Positions 31,179-40,601 of a DNA stretch of 64,000 nucleotides are shown in pieces. The stretch is from the NCBI GenBank assembly GCA_963845755.1, contig CAWJTV010000033.1:64001-128000 (forward strand). Direction: 5' to 3'. Every line of letters begins with the position of its first letter. Position 1 is the stretch's first letter. A program made the position numbers and the translations under genes. Source of the stretch: an uncultured Planctomycetota bacterium. GTDB taxonomy: Bacteria; Planctomycetota; Planctomycetia; Isosphaerales; Isosphaeraceae. The notes beneath the pieces were generated by a model, which made no database searches, had not been told where the DNA came from, and was given only the letters and a program-made list of their open reading frames with translations.

Positions 31179-32282
31179 TCATCCTACCACGACGACCGCC
31201 TCACCGAGCACGTCCCTGCGCGGCGTGATGCCGAGTCCGGGCACGAGCGGTGCGGCCATCCGGCCATCGACCCGTTGCGGTGCGCCCTCGGCCGTGCTCA
31301 CGGTCACATAGCTGTTGAAGTCCGTGGACGTGAACAAGAGCTCGGTCGGCGTGCTATGAGCCAGGTGGGCGATCGCGGCGGTCGTGATATCGCCGCCCCA
31401 GGAATCCTCGATCGTCATCGCGATTCCCAGTGAAACACAGAGATCGCGCGCCTGTCGGGCCCGGGTCAGGCCGCCGAACTTGCTGATCTTGATGTTGACA
31501 ACATCCATGGCCCGGTCGGCATGTCCGCGCAACAGGGGATCCAGCGAGTCGATCACCTCGTCGAGCACGAAGGGATGGTCGCAGTGCCGTCGGACTGTGA
31601 GGCATTCCTCGTAGCTCCGGCACGGTTGTTCGATGTAGACATCAACGTCGCGCACGGCGCGGACGACCCGCAGGGCGTCGTGCATCAGCCACCCGGTGTT
31701 GGCATCGGCAACAAGCCGGTCGCCGGGTTTCAGTACCGCGGCAACCGCCTTGATGCGATCGATGTCGACCAGCGGATCGCCGCCGACCTTCAACTGGAAC
31801 CGCCGATAACCTTCGGCTCGATACTCGGCCACGCGGCGGGCCATCGCCTCAGGGGCCTCCTGCGAGATCGCGCGGTACAGGACGAAGTCGTCGCCATAAC
31901 GCCCACCCAGTAGGACGCAGACCGGCTGGCCCGTCGCCTTGCCGAGGACGTCCCAGCACGCGATGTCGATCGCCGACTTGACGTACGGGTGGCCCTGGAG
32001 CGCGGCGTCCATCAACCGGTTGAGCTTGCCGATTTCTCTCGGATCCTCACCGAGCAAGTGCGGCCCCAGCTCGGCGATCCCGGTTCGTGCCCCCTGGGCA
32101 TAGGCCGGCAAGTAGAACGGACCTAGCGGGCAGACCTCGCCGTGCCCCGTGATGCCTTCATCGGTTTCGACGGCCACGATCGTGCTATCGAACACGGAGA
32201 CGGACTTCCCACCAGACCACTTGTAGCTACCTTCGTGAAGAGGGAGGTCGACTCGGTAGGCGAGGATTCGCGTGATCTTCAT
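31179..32282 (-). CDS. cis-3-hydroxy-L-proline dehydratase-like enolase superfamily (MLE subgroup) protein
   Basis: [61 protein letters not shown] metal ligands, [14 protein letters not shown]; hydroxyproline operon context. Confidence 0.85.
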   Translation of the reverse strand: MKITRILAYRVDLPLHEGSYKWSGGKSVSVFDSTIVAVETDEGITGHGEVCPLGPFYLPAYAQGARTGIAELGPHLLGEDPREIGKLNRLMDAALQGHPYVKSAIDIACWDVLGKATGQPVCVLLGGRYGDDFVLYRAISQEAPEAMARRVAEYRAEGYRRFQLKVGGDPLVDIDRIKAVAAVLKPGDRLVADANTGWLMHDALRVVRAVRDVDVYIEQPCRSYEECLTVRRHCDHPFVLDEVIDSLDPLLRGHADRAMDVVNIKISKFGGLTRARQARDLCVSLGIAMTIEDSWGGDITTAAIAHLAHSTPTELLFTSTDFNSYVTVSTAEGAPQRVDGRMAAPLVPGLGITPRRDVLGEAVVVVG

Positions 32283-32310
32283 CAGCGGGCGGTTCCAATG
32301 TTGAAGGGTC

Positions 32311-33056
32311 TTACGAAGATGCGCCAGTCGTGAGGACGTGCTGCCAATAGGAAGGAACCGCCTCCCAGGCCGATTGATAGGTTGCTTCCAGAGGGAGGGG
32401 CACATAGACCTCAGGCGTCAAGAACAGTGGCATTTCCGGGAGCACCGCGCCGATGGCCGTCGGTTCGATGAACGCCTCGGGAATGAGGCCGCCGATGTAC
32501 GAACACTAGTGTAAGGGGCTTACCGTTTGGCAAAATAAAGTCGTTATCGATGATTTCGTCCCAGATGGCTTTATGGATGCCTTGAGAATCGTGCGGACCG
32601 GGCGAGAACAGGTCGAGGACCACCAGATGAATGCCAGCCCTCAGGAATTCCGCGGCTTTTTCGACGAAGGCACGAAGCCCGTGCCTCGAATTCTTGTTAC
32701 CTGGAGAAACGATTTCCATGAGCCCGACGACCTTGTGGTTGCTGACGTGCCGGATTGCGACGGACCTGGATTTGAAGGGGTAGGCATCCGGCTCCGCGCA
32801 GATGGTATTGGACTCGAGGTGGGGCCTCGGCCAATACGACGCCACCGGACGGTTCCATGATCCCAATCCCTCTGCCGCCAGGGGATTGCAAGGTGAGGAC
32901 GTCGGGTTCGACTCCTCCCGCAACTTGCTCGGCCAGGGCATAGTAGTTGGGCGGCAGCAGTCCCCGGTTCAACACCCGCGATAGATCACCAATCCACTCA
33001 AGGTGAAAGTGGTGAAAGATGCCCGCATCGACGCGAGCCCAGTCGTGAACCGGCAT
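32311..33056 (-). CDS. DUF4058 family protein inserted in the hydroxyproline operon; two indels (~32800, ~32500)
   Basis: [57 protein letters not shown], stop at 32311-32313. Own TATAAT (33099-33104, minus strand) and RBS AGGAGG. Confidence 0.8.
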
Positions 33057-33152
33057 GAGGTCCCTCCTGTTGAACAACCGAGAACAGGGCGACAGCCGAT
33101 TATAACCGATCGTGTACGATGGTTTCGATGGTGCATCATGGCATTCAGAGCT

Positions 33153-34407
33153 TCAAAATCGACCGACACGATAGGGCGCCGGATCGATGTGGGGCGAGGA
33201 TCCATTGACCATCTCGGCAACCAACTTGCCCGTGGCCGGTGCCATCGACAACCCCAGCATGTTGTGTCCGGCCGCGATGACCACATTCTCGTACCGAGGA
33301 CTCCGGTCGATAATCGGCAGGCTGTCATAAGTCATGGGGCGCCAGCCGAACCATTTCTCCTCGACTGGCTCACAATACGGTTCTCGGAGATACGACTCGG
33401 CCCCGTCCTTGAGGAGCTGGAGCCGCTCGGGGCGGATCGAATCGTCGTAGCCGGCGAACTCCATGGTCGAACCCAGCCGGTAGCCGGATTGAAACGGCGT
33501 GACCGCCACGCGCGTCTCCGGGAAGATCAGGGGGATCTCGGGGCAGACGGCGGGCCGAGGCATCGTCAGGCTGTACCCCTTTCCCGGCTGGATCGGGATG
33601 CGACAGCCGAGGGACCTGTTCAAGAGGGGTGTCCAGGCTCCCGTGGCCACGATGAACAGCTCGCCCGCCAAGTCGCCTTGCTCCGTCTGCGCCGCCAACG
33701 CCCGGCCGTTGTACTCCCGTGAACCCCCGGAAGGAACAGTGCGCGCGGGTCTCGACCCCTCCGGCTTCGACGACGTGCCTCCAGGCGTCCATCAACCGGT
33801 CGGGCCGGAGGTGCGCATCATGTTCATGATACCAGCCGCCCGCCAGGCCCGGCTTCAAGGCCGGCTCGAGCGCGACCAGCTCGGAGCCGTCGAGGCGCTT
33901 CGCCGGCGCGTGGAAGACCTCGCTCATCAACCGATCGGTCGCGGTGTAGGATTCCAGCTCCCGCTCCGACTTGTAGGCGAACAGCATCCCGCGACTCGTG
34001 AACTCGCAGTCGAGCGATTCGCGGTTCGACCAGGTCCCGGTACAGCTCCAGGGACGACTAGGAGCAGTGGCTGGATCCCGCGACCGGCCTCGATCATGTC
34101 GCGCTCGTTGCAGCGTCGGGCGAAGTGCAAGAGCCACGACCAGAGGGCCGGGTCGAGCCTCGGCTTGATCGCGAACGGGGAATTACGCTGGAACAGGCTC
34201 TTGAGCCGCCTTGCCGACCATCCCCGGCTCGGCCAGGGGCAGGACGTGGCTCGGGCAGACGAACCCGCAGTTGGCGTGCGAGCTGCCGCTGGCGAACGCA
34301 CCCCGATCGATGAGCGTCACTTTCCAGCCCGATCGCATCAAGTAATAGGCGCACGATGTGCCGATCACTCCGCTGCCGATGACGATCGCGGTCGGTGTCG
34401 GACTCAT
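33153..34407 (-). CDS. FAD-dependent D-amino acid (probably D-hydroxyproline) dehydrogenase, DadA-like; three probable indels
   Basis: IVIGSGVIG Rossmann motif, [45 protein letters not shown] across frames. Confidence 0.85.
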
Positions 34408-35342
34408 GGCCGGATACCCATCGCGAGAGGATCGGCCGGGTCGACGATCAGCGTCAACTCGGCATTGACGTACGCCGATCCCCGAATCTGGGGACGGATG
34501 CGCCCCTCGACGATCCGCGCCGAGCCTTCGAACAGGCTGCCGATGATGCTCTCTTGCCGCCAGACCTGTCCTTCGGCGAGCTTGCCGTCGGCGACCAGGC
34601 AGGCGACCTTGGCACTGGTGCCGGTTCCACAGGGGGAGCGGTCATAGGCTCGGCCGGGGCAGAGCACGAAATTCTTGCCGTCGGCATCGGGCCGACTGGG
34701 TGGGCCGAACAGCTCGATATGATCGATCTCACCGCCATCGGCGCCGCGAATGCCGTGCGTGGTCAGGGCCTGGCGGATGCCCCAGGTGACCTCGGTGAGC
34801 CGATCGATATTCGAGACGCTCAAGGCCTCGCCGTGGTCGTGGACCAGGAAGAACCAGTTCCCGCCCCAGGCGATGTCACCGACATAGGTCCTCAGGCCCG
34901 GGACCGCGACCTCCACGTCCTTGGCCAGCCGGTAGCTCTCGACGTTGTCGATCGTGACCGTATTGGGACCTTCGAGCGTGACGGCGACCCGGCCGACCGG
35001 GGTCTCCAGCCGGTGCGTGCCGGGACCGATCCGCCCCATGTAAGCCAGCGCCACGGCCACCCCGATCGTCCCGTGGCCGCACATGCCGAGATAGCCGACG
35101 TTATTAAAGAAAATGACGCCGGCCGCGGCCGAGGGATCGACCGGCTCGAGTAGGATCGCGCCGACCACGACGTCCGAGCCGCGGGGTTCGTTCACGACAG
35201 CCGACCGGAACGCGTCGTGAGAGTCGCGGAAGACCGCGAGGCGATCGGCCATCGAGCCGGTCCCCAGATCGGGACCGCCCGAGATCACCACGCGGGTCGG
35301 CTCACCGCCGGTATGGGTATCGATCACGCCGATGCGCCGCAC
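34404..35342 (-). CDS. 4-hydroxyproline 2-epimerase (proline racemase family)
   Basis: [17 protein letters not shown], catalytic MCGH and DRSPCGTG motifs. Confidence 0.92.
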   Translation of the reverse strand: MRRIGVIDTHTGGEPTRVVISGGPDLGTGSMADRLAVFRDSHDAFRSAVVNEPRGSDVVVGAILLEPVDPSAAAGVIFFNNVGYLGMCGHGTIGVAVALAYMGRIGPGTHRLETPVGRVAVTLEGPNTVTIDNVESYRLAKDVEVAVPGLRTYVGDIAWGGNWFFLVHDHGEALSVSNIDRLTEVTWGIRQALTTHGIRGADGGEIDHIELFGPPSRPDADGKNFVLCPGRAYDRSPCGTGTSAKVACLVADGKLAEGQVWRQESIIGSLFEGSARIVEGRIRPQIRGSAYVNAELTLIVDPADPLAMGIRP

Positions 35343-35366
35343 GATGCCTCCGAGTGAAAGCCTGGC

Positions 35367-36275
35367 CTACCGTCCAGCTCCGCCCTTCGGCCGGGTGGCG
35401 ATGGCCTGACGGATGATCTTCAGGATCTGCTCACGCTCCGCGCCGATCAGCGGCAGACGGGGTGCCCGCACCGTCTCGGAGCCGAGCCCGCACTCCTGCT
35501 GGGCAAGCTTGATGTACTGGACCAATTTGATGTGGGTATCCAGGTGAAGGACCGGCGTGTACCATCGATAGACCGCGCGTGCCTCCTCCCATCGCCCCGC
35601 CATGGCGAGGTCCCAGAGCAGGCGGTTCTCGGCCGGGAAGGCGTTCACCAGTCCCGAGACCCAGCCGGTCGCACCCAGCAACAGGCTCTCGAGCACCAGG
35701 TCGTCCACCCCGCAGAACAGCGTATAACGATCGCCGCAGAGATTCCTCAAGTCGGTGATCCGCCGGACGTTTTCCGACGATTCCTTGATCGCCACCAGCC
35801 GGGGCTCGTCTCCCAGCTCGACGAACATCTCCGGCGTGATGTCCACGGAATAAGAAACCGGGTTGTTGTAGACCATGATCGGCAGGTCGGTCAACCGGGC
35901 GACGGTCCGATAATGGGCGATCGTCTCTCGGGGGTCGGACTTGTAAACCATCGCCGGCAAGACCATGAGCCCCACCACGCCGAGCCGCTGGGCATCGGCC
36001 GCGAATCTGCAGGCGCGCGCCGTGGTGTATTCGGCCACCCCGGTCAGCACCGGGATCCTGCCAGCGACGTGGTCGGTCGTCGCCCGGAGGACCTCCAGCT
36101 TCTCCGAATACTCCAGCGAGCAGTTCTCGCCGACCGTCCCGAGCATGATCAACCCGTGTATCCCCGCGTCGATCATCCGGTCGAAATGGGCCAACGTCGC
36201 CGGGATGTTCAGGCTCTGGTCGGGTTGAAACTGGGTCGTGGCCGCCGGGAATACCCCTTGCCATGTAATGCTCAT
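35367..36275 (-). CDS. DHDPS-family protein, probable delta1-pyrroline-4-hydroxy-2-carboxylate deaminase
   Basis: WQGVFPAATTQF, LGTVGE, MVYNNP, AIKESS, GVDDL, KLVQYIKL; adjacent to the Hyp epimerase. Confidence 0.88.
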   Translation of the reverse strand: MSITWQGVFPAATTQFQPDQSLNIPATLAHFDRMIDAGIHGLIMLGTVGENCSLEYSEKLEVLRATTDHVAGRIPVLTGVAEYTTARACRFAADAQRLGVVGLMVLPAMVYKSDPRETIAHYRTVARLTDLPIMVYNNPVSYSVDITPEMFVELGDEPRLVAIKESSENVRRITDLRNLCGDRYTLFCGVDDLVLESLLLGATGWVSGLVNAFPAENRLLWDLAMAGRWEEARAVYRWYTPVLHLDTHIKLVQYIKLAQQECGLGSETVRAPRLPLIGAEREQILKIIRQAIATRPKGGAGR

Positions 36276-36562
36276 GAGGATGCGACTCTCAGGTTGCCAA
36301 GATTCTGCCGGTCGCGCTCGTCCCGGGTGCGACCCATCATCTCGTCCGCGACTGAAGCCGACAGCGGTTGACCCGTTCGGAAGACCCACACTCCCCGTTC
36401 CTTGACGAGCGGAGCTGTCCCTCGAACGGGCCGCAGCGTGATTTGCTCTCCTGCGACTTCTAGTTCCAAGGAGTCACCGGGTTCGATGAACAACTCCTCC
36501 CGCAGCCACTTGGGAATCACGATGCGTCCGGCTTCATCGAGTGTGATTCGCGTGGTCATCAT
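36272..36562 (-). CDS. AbrB/MazE/SpoVT-family DNA-binding protein (orphan antitoxin-like)
   Basis: ITLDEAGRIVIPKWLREELFIEPGDSLEL and LVKERGVWVF. The stop overlaps the next ATG (ATGA). Confidence 0.85.
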   Translation of the reverse strand: MMTTRITLDEAGRIVIPKWLREELFIEPGDSLELEVAGEQITLRPVRGTAPLVKERGVWVFRTGQPLSASVADEMMGRTRDERDRQNLGNLRVASS

Positions 36563-36676
36563 GGCACGATACATGCGGGCGGCCTGAGTCGTCAATCCCA
36601 TGGCGAAGCGCTGATCCAAAGGTCGATGCTTGGCTGAGTTTCGAAGCGGATCATCGGACTCTTGAAGCCGGACTCA

Positions 36677-37375
36677 TCATCGCCCTCGTCCCCGGAGCAC
36701 ATTCCAGATCATCGCGATCACGACCTCGTAGGCGTTGCTCCAGCTATTCTCGCGGAAGAACTGGACGGGGACCTCCGGGTCGCCGATGAACGGACGCAGG
36801 ACCCAGCCCATCTGGATGCCAACAAAAACATAGATGGCGATCCAGATCCGAAGCATCCAGCGATGCTTCGGGTCCTTCCGGATCAGGGGAAGATAGTCGC
36901 GTCGCAGCATCCACTGGGCGCTGACGCTGGCGACGGCAAACATCAAGCCGTTGAAGAGGATCGCGGCCTGGTACTGGCTGCCCGAAACGTACCAGAATGC
37001 GGTGATCGGCGCCAGCGCCGAGAGGATCACGGTCAGCCCGGCCTGGGTCGCCATCAAGGCCCGGACGACACGCTCGAAATCCGTCCGCAAGCCCAGCAGC
37101 GTGTTGACGACGAAGAAGCTCGGGAGGCTGAGCGAAAACGTCGCCATCAACAAGAACGGGACCTTGACCGCCGAGTAGACGACCTGCCAGATCCTTGGGC
37201 CGGCAATCCCTCCGTAGGTTCCCATGACCCCGCCATACAACATCCCGAAGCATACGATCAGCGCGGCGAGCACGAGAGGAACCGGCATCCGCGTCGATGG
37301 TCCAACCCGCACGCGGGACGATTCCCCACGGAGCACGCTGTCGGCGAGCCGGAGCAAACCGACCAGGGCATTCAT
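36677..37375 (-). CDS. Multi-pass membrane protein, paralog B
   Basis: YGGVMG, SAVKVPFLL, LPSFFVVNTLLG, VGIQMGWVLRPFIGDP. Confidence 0.8.
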   Translation of the reverse strand: MNALVGLLRLADSVLRGESSRVRVGPSTRMPVPLVLAALIVCFGMLYGGVMGTYGGIAGPRIWQVVYSAVKVPFLLMATFSLSLPSFFVVNTLLGLRTDFERVVRALMATQAGLTVILSALAPITAFWYVSGSQYQAAILFNGLMFAVASVSAQWMLRRDYLPLIRKDPKHRWMLRIWIAIYVFVGIQMGWVLRPFIGDPEVPVQFFRENSWSNAYEVVIAMIWNVLRGRGR

Positions 37376-37397
37376 GGCGCCGGTCTCGTGATGCCCA

Positions 37398-38261
37398 TCA
37401 GGAAAACAGCTTCCCCAACATCTGGAGGACCGCCATGAAGAAATTCGACTCCCGGCCGCGGAAGAAGGTGAAGGGCATCTCGGGGTTGCCGATGAACGGC
37501 CGCAAGACCCATCCCATCTGGGCACCGACCAGCGCGAAGACAATCACCCAGATCCGGAACACCGTCTTGACATGCCCGCTCAGCACCCGGTTCTCCAGGG
37601 GCTCCAGCGGGCCGCTGACCTCCCGCATCCTTGCCGCCTCGACCCCTTCGGGGGATTCGCCGGCCTCTGAGGTCTCCGTCACAGGCACGGCGAGTTGCGG
37701 GCGCCGCGTCTCCGCCACATTCAAGCGATGCAAGGTCTGGAGCAAGAAAGTGAGCCCCAGCACGCCGGAGACCGCGAAGACCACCACATTGAAAAGCACC
37801 ATGAACGGATAGCTCGTCGTACTCACTGAGAAGAAGGCCACGATCGTGCCCAGTGAAGCCAGGATTGTCACCATCACGCCGAGTGTCGCCAGCAAGAGCC
37901 GGATGACCGTTGACAAGCTGAGCCGTGAACCCACCAGCGCGTTGAAGACGTACAACGACGGCAATGTCACCAGCAGCGTCAGGTAGAACAAGAGCGGGAC
38001 CTTGACCATGCTCGCCACGACCTGGTTCACGTTGGGGACCTTCATCCGGAACAAGGCGAACGTCCCCATGCAGGCTCCATAAACCATGGCCAGGATGATA
38101 ATGCACGCCGAGAGTCGCCACGGCGAGATCTCGATCCCTCCCGACCGAAGACTCGATACCCCCGTCAGCTCACCCCGCAGAAGCCGATCCAGCTCCCGGA
38201 ACCAGCCCGGCGGACGACTTCGATCCCCTTTCGGCCTCGGCCCGTAGTCATCGCTCGCCAT
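37398..38261 (-). CDS. Multi-pass membrane protein, paralog A
   Basis: YGACMG, SMVKVPLLF, LPSLYVFNALVG, VGAQMGWVLRPFIGNP. Confidence 0.8.
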   Translation of the reverse strand: MASDDYGPRPKGDRSRPPGWFRELDRLLRGELTGVSSLRSGGIEISPWRLSACIIILAMVYGACMGTFALFRMKVPNVNQVVASMVKVPLLFYLTLLVTLPSLYVFNALVGSRLSLSTVIRLLLATLGVMVTILASLGTIVAFFSVSTTSYPFMVLFNVVVFAVSGVLGLTFLLQTLHRLNVAETRRPQLAVPVTETSEAGESPEGVEAARMREVSGPLEPLENRVLSGHVKTVFRIWVIVFALVGAQMGWVLRPFIGNPEMPFTFFRGRESNFFMAVLQMLGKLFS

Positions 38262-38304
38262 CGGTTGCACCCCCTCCTCGGACGGGAATCAGAATGAGAC
38301 TCTC

Positions 38305-38333
38305 ACTTTGTACGACAAAGTCCACGATGTCAA
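38305..38333 (-). promoter_or_regulatory. Promoter with operator palindrome ACTTTGT-ACG-ACAAAGT upstream of the twin membrane genes
   Basis: Perfect 7-3-7 inverted repeat at 38305-38321 and minus-strand TTGACA at 38333-38328. Confidence 0.65.
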
Positions 38334-38339
38334 GGGAGA

Positions 38340-39200
38340 TCAGTATTCGGTACTGACAACGGCGGATCTGTTGAGCGTCCCTCTCGTCGCAAAATCGAAA
38401 TCTCCGTATCCGGGCAGCAGTTTCAGGAGATCGCCGAACGAGCTCGGTCCGTTCCCGGGAGTAAACGTGAAAACAGGTTGATTATTGATGTAAAGCTCCG
38501 CCGCAGGGTATCCATCCCATGTCCCGGAGATCTCGTAGATCGGCGCTGGTCCAGAAGTGTCAATCGTGATACCAATGTCCCAATCGATCGAGGGCGAACC
38601 CATAACCAGCTCGTTGCGCGGACCACCCCTGGCGGCGGTTCTGAGTCGTATCCGGACAGAATGGGGCCCGAGGCGGACCGGATCGTCGATGATCATCCCG
38701 TCGGTATCGACTCGAACCTCGTCGTGCTTGATCCTGCAGCCGTCCGACGTTCCGTACCTGTCGCGATCGTCAATTCGACCATCTGCCAGGGCCGGGAGAG
38801 CCAGGAAGGATTCCGACAGCCCTCCCAGATTCCGTCTGGACCCCTCCAGAAGTCCGTCCGAATCGTCGGCCTCGTCGGGGATGACGGTCACGATCTGTTT
38901 CGCACGAAATGTTGTCGCGTCAACGTTGAAGCCGCGATCGTCACCCGCGAAGGCAAGCCGCATGGGTGGAGCAACGCCGCGGTATGACTGGGGATGTATG
39001 AACGGACCGAGTAGGTGATTGTTCGGTATGAATGTCGCAAAAACGATTGTAAACTTCTCGACTTTCCGTGTACCTGGTTCGTTGGCCCCGATCTTCGTGG
39101 AGGGGGTTCGAGGAGATCCCCGGGTAGGCACGGTCACGCAGCCGGTGAGGGTGGCACAAACGGTCGCCAGCAGCGCGATCGCGGCGCGAGGGTCAGTCAT
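38340..39200 (-). CDS. Lipoprotein with DUF3238-like domain
   Basis: LTGC lipobox, TFIP, FAGDDRGF, SPSIDW, WDGYPAAELYIN. Confidence 0.6.
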   Translation of the reverse strand: MTDPRAAIALLATVCATLTGCVTVPTRGSPRTPSTKIGANEPGTRKVEKFTIVFATFIPNNHLLGPFIHPQSYRGVAPPMRLAFAGDDRGFNVDATTFRAKQIVTVIPDEADDSDGLLEGSRRNLGGLSESFLALPALADGRIDDRDRYGTSDGCRIKHDEVRVDTDGMIIDDPVRLGPHSVRIRLRTAARGGPRNELVMGSPSIDWDIGITIDTSGPAPIYEISGTWDGYPAAELYINNQPVFTFTPGNGPSSFGDLLKLLPGYGDFDFATRGTLNRSAVVSTEY

Positions 39201-39321
39201 GGGGAGTGACCTCCTCGACAGAGGCGAGGACCGGGGACGAGAGGTCGGAGCATAGCCCATCGCTCCGATTCCCACAACCCCGACGAATGCCACCTCGCCA
39301 AACCGTATTCGCACGAGACCG

Positions 39322-39837
39322 TCAGGGAGAGGGGTCCTGATCTTGCGGGCCGCCGAGTTTGCGAAAACCGGGATGGACGCCGGGAGTGAGGTGCTGCTGA
39401 GCGACGATCCGCCTGAGAAACCCCGCGAGCTGCACCTGCTCCGACTCGTTCAGGGCGGCGCAAATCGCATCGCGATGAGCGCTCGCGATGCGCCCGATCT
39501 CTCCCAACGTCTTGCGTCCCGCCCCGGTCAGGTGCAGCGCGTAGGAGCGTCGGTCGGTTGGGCTGTCTCGCCGCTCGACCAACCCGCGCCCTCGAGCTCG
39601 TCGATCAACGCGACGAGGCGGCTCGGGAACACGCCGAGTTTCTCGCCCAGCGACTTGCTGGCTCAGTCCGTCGGCCTGTTCGAGGATCCCCAGGATTCCC
39701 ACGTGCGGTGGCTTGAGATCCAGCGGCGCCAGGCGCTCTGCAAATCGCGAGGAGACGTGGGCTCCGACCTGGGACAGGAGGAAGCCCAGGTCGGCGTGCG
39801 CATCCGAGGAGGCGTTCGGCGTGCGAGGACGGGCCAT
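39322..39837 (-). CDS. MarR family regulator; two compensating indels garble the HTH
   Basis: GFLLSQVG...GLSQQ, an alternate frame giving LGEKLGVFPSRLVALIDELE, then GLVERRDSPTDRRSYALHLT. Confidence 0.9.
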   Translation of the reverse strand: MARPRTPNASSDAHADLGFLLSQVGAHVSSRFAERLAPLDLKPPHVGILGILEQADGLSQQVAGRETRRVPEPPRRVDRRARGRGLVERRDSPTDRRSYALHLTGAGRKTLGEIGRIASAHRDAICAALNESEQVQLAGFLRRIVAQQHLTPGVHPGFRKLGGPQDQDPSP

Positions 39838-39855
39838 TCATTCCTCCAAAAAATG

Positions 39856-39888
39856 GTTATTGACAATAACGATTCACTCCCATAGTAT
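39856..39888 (+). promoter_or_regulatory. Sigma70-type promoter (TTGACA-17-TAGTAT) overlapped by palindrome GTTATTG-A-CAATAAC, probable MarR operator
   Basis: TTGACA 39860-39865, TAGTAT 39883-39888, perfect 7-1-7 inverted repeat 39856-39870 between divergent marR and VOC genes. Confidence 0.8.
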
Positions 39889-39984
39889 TGTCCCAGCCGC
39901 CGCGGGCCGCGACAAGGGGGACGCCCTCCCTCTCGGTCCGCGACCGCCCACGTCCCGTCCTCGAAAGCGAAAGGAGTTCCGGAC

Positions 39985-40362
39985 ATGAGGCTCAATCACC
40001 TCAATCTCACGGTCCCGGACGTACCCCGGACACAGGAGTTCTTCGAGACATATTTCGGGTTCCGGTGCCTCACCACCCGGGGTCGTGATACCCTGGCCGT
40101 CCTGGCTGATGAATCAGGGTTTGTCCTGACCCTGAACAACTTCGAGCGGAAGAACGAGGTCGAATACCCCGGTGCGTTCCACATCGGCTTCATGCAGGAG
40201 AGCCGGGAACGGGTCAACGAGATCCATCGACGCCTGAAGGCCGACGGATTCGACATGGAACCTCCCCATCAGTTCCATGGGGCCTGGACGTTCTACTTCC
40301 GCGCCACGGGCGGATTCCTCGTCGAGGTCCTGCACCAACCCGCGAGCGATCGCGGCCAATAA
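39985..40362 (+). CDS. VOC/glyoxalase family protein
   Basis: LNHLNLTVPDV..FFETYFGF, FHIGF, FYFRATGGFLVEV; RBS AAGGAG. Confidence 0.9.
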   Translation: MRLNHLNLTVPDVPRTQEFFETYFGFRCLTTRGRDTLAVLADESGFVLTLNNFERKNEVEYPGAFHIGFMQESRERVNEIHRRLKADGFDMEPPHQFHGAWTFYFRATGGFLVEVLHQPASDRGQ

Positions 40363-40494
40363 GTCACCGAGCCCGACCCGAGTCCAGGTCGGCGACGAGG
40401 GACCACGCGACAGGAAGGGTGCGGCGATTTCGCCAAGAGACTCTAAGAAACCCGCACCCCCACATCTCTTGATCGCGTTCCCTCAAGAGAGTTC

Positions 40495-40589
40495 AACCAC
40501 GAGATACACCAAATGTACGAAAAAAATAGGGCTGAGGAAGCGAAAAAGCACATTCGGATTCTCATTCCTCTTTCGTGTATTTCGTGGTT
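40495..40589. repeat. Inverted repeat element AACCACGAGATACAC ... GTGTATTTCGTGGTT between convergent genes
   Basis: Arms match at 14/15 with 9-nt periodicity. An additional hairpin TCTCTTGA/TCAAGAGA lies at 40465-40490. Confidence 0.7.
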
Positions 40590-40601
40590 AATCCACCGGG
40601 C

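Noticed and set aside
36562..36577. Plus-strand sigma54-like TGGCACGATACATGC
   Set aside because: It points away from any plus-strand gene and overlaps the AbrB start region; probably chance.
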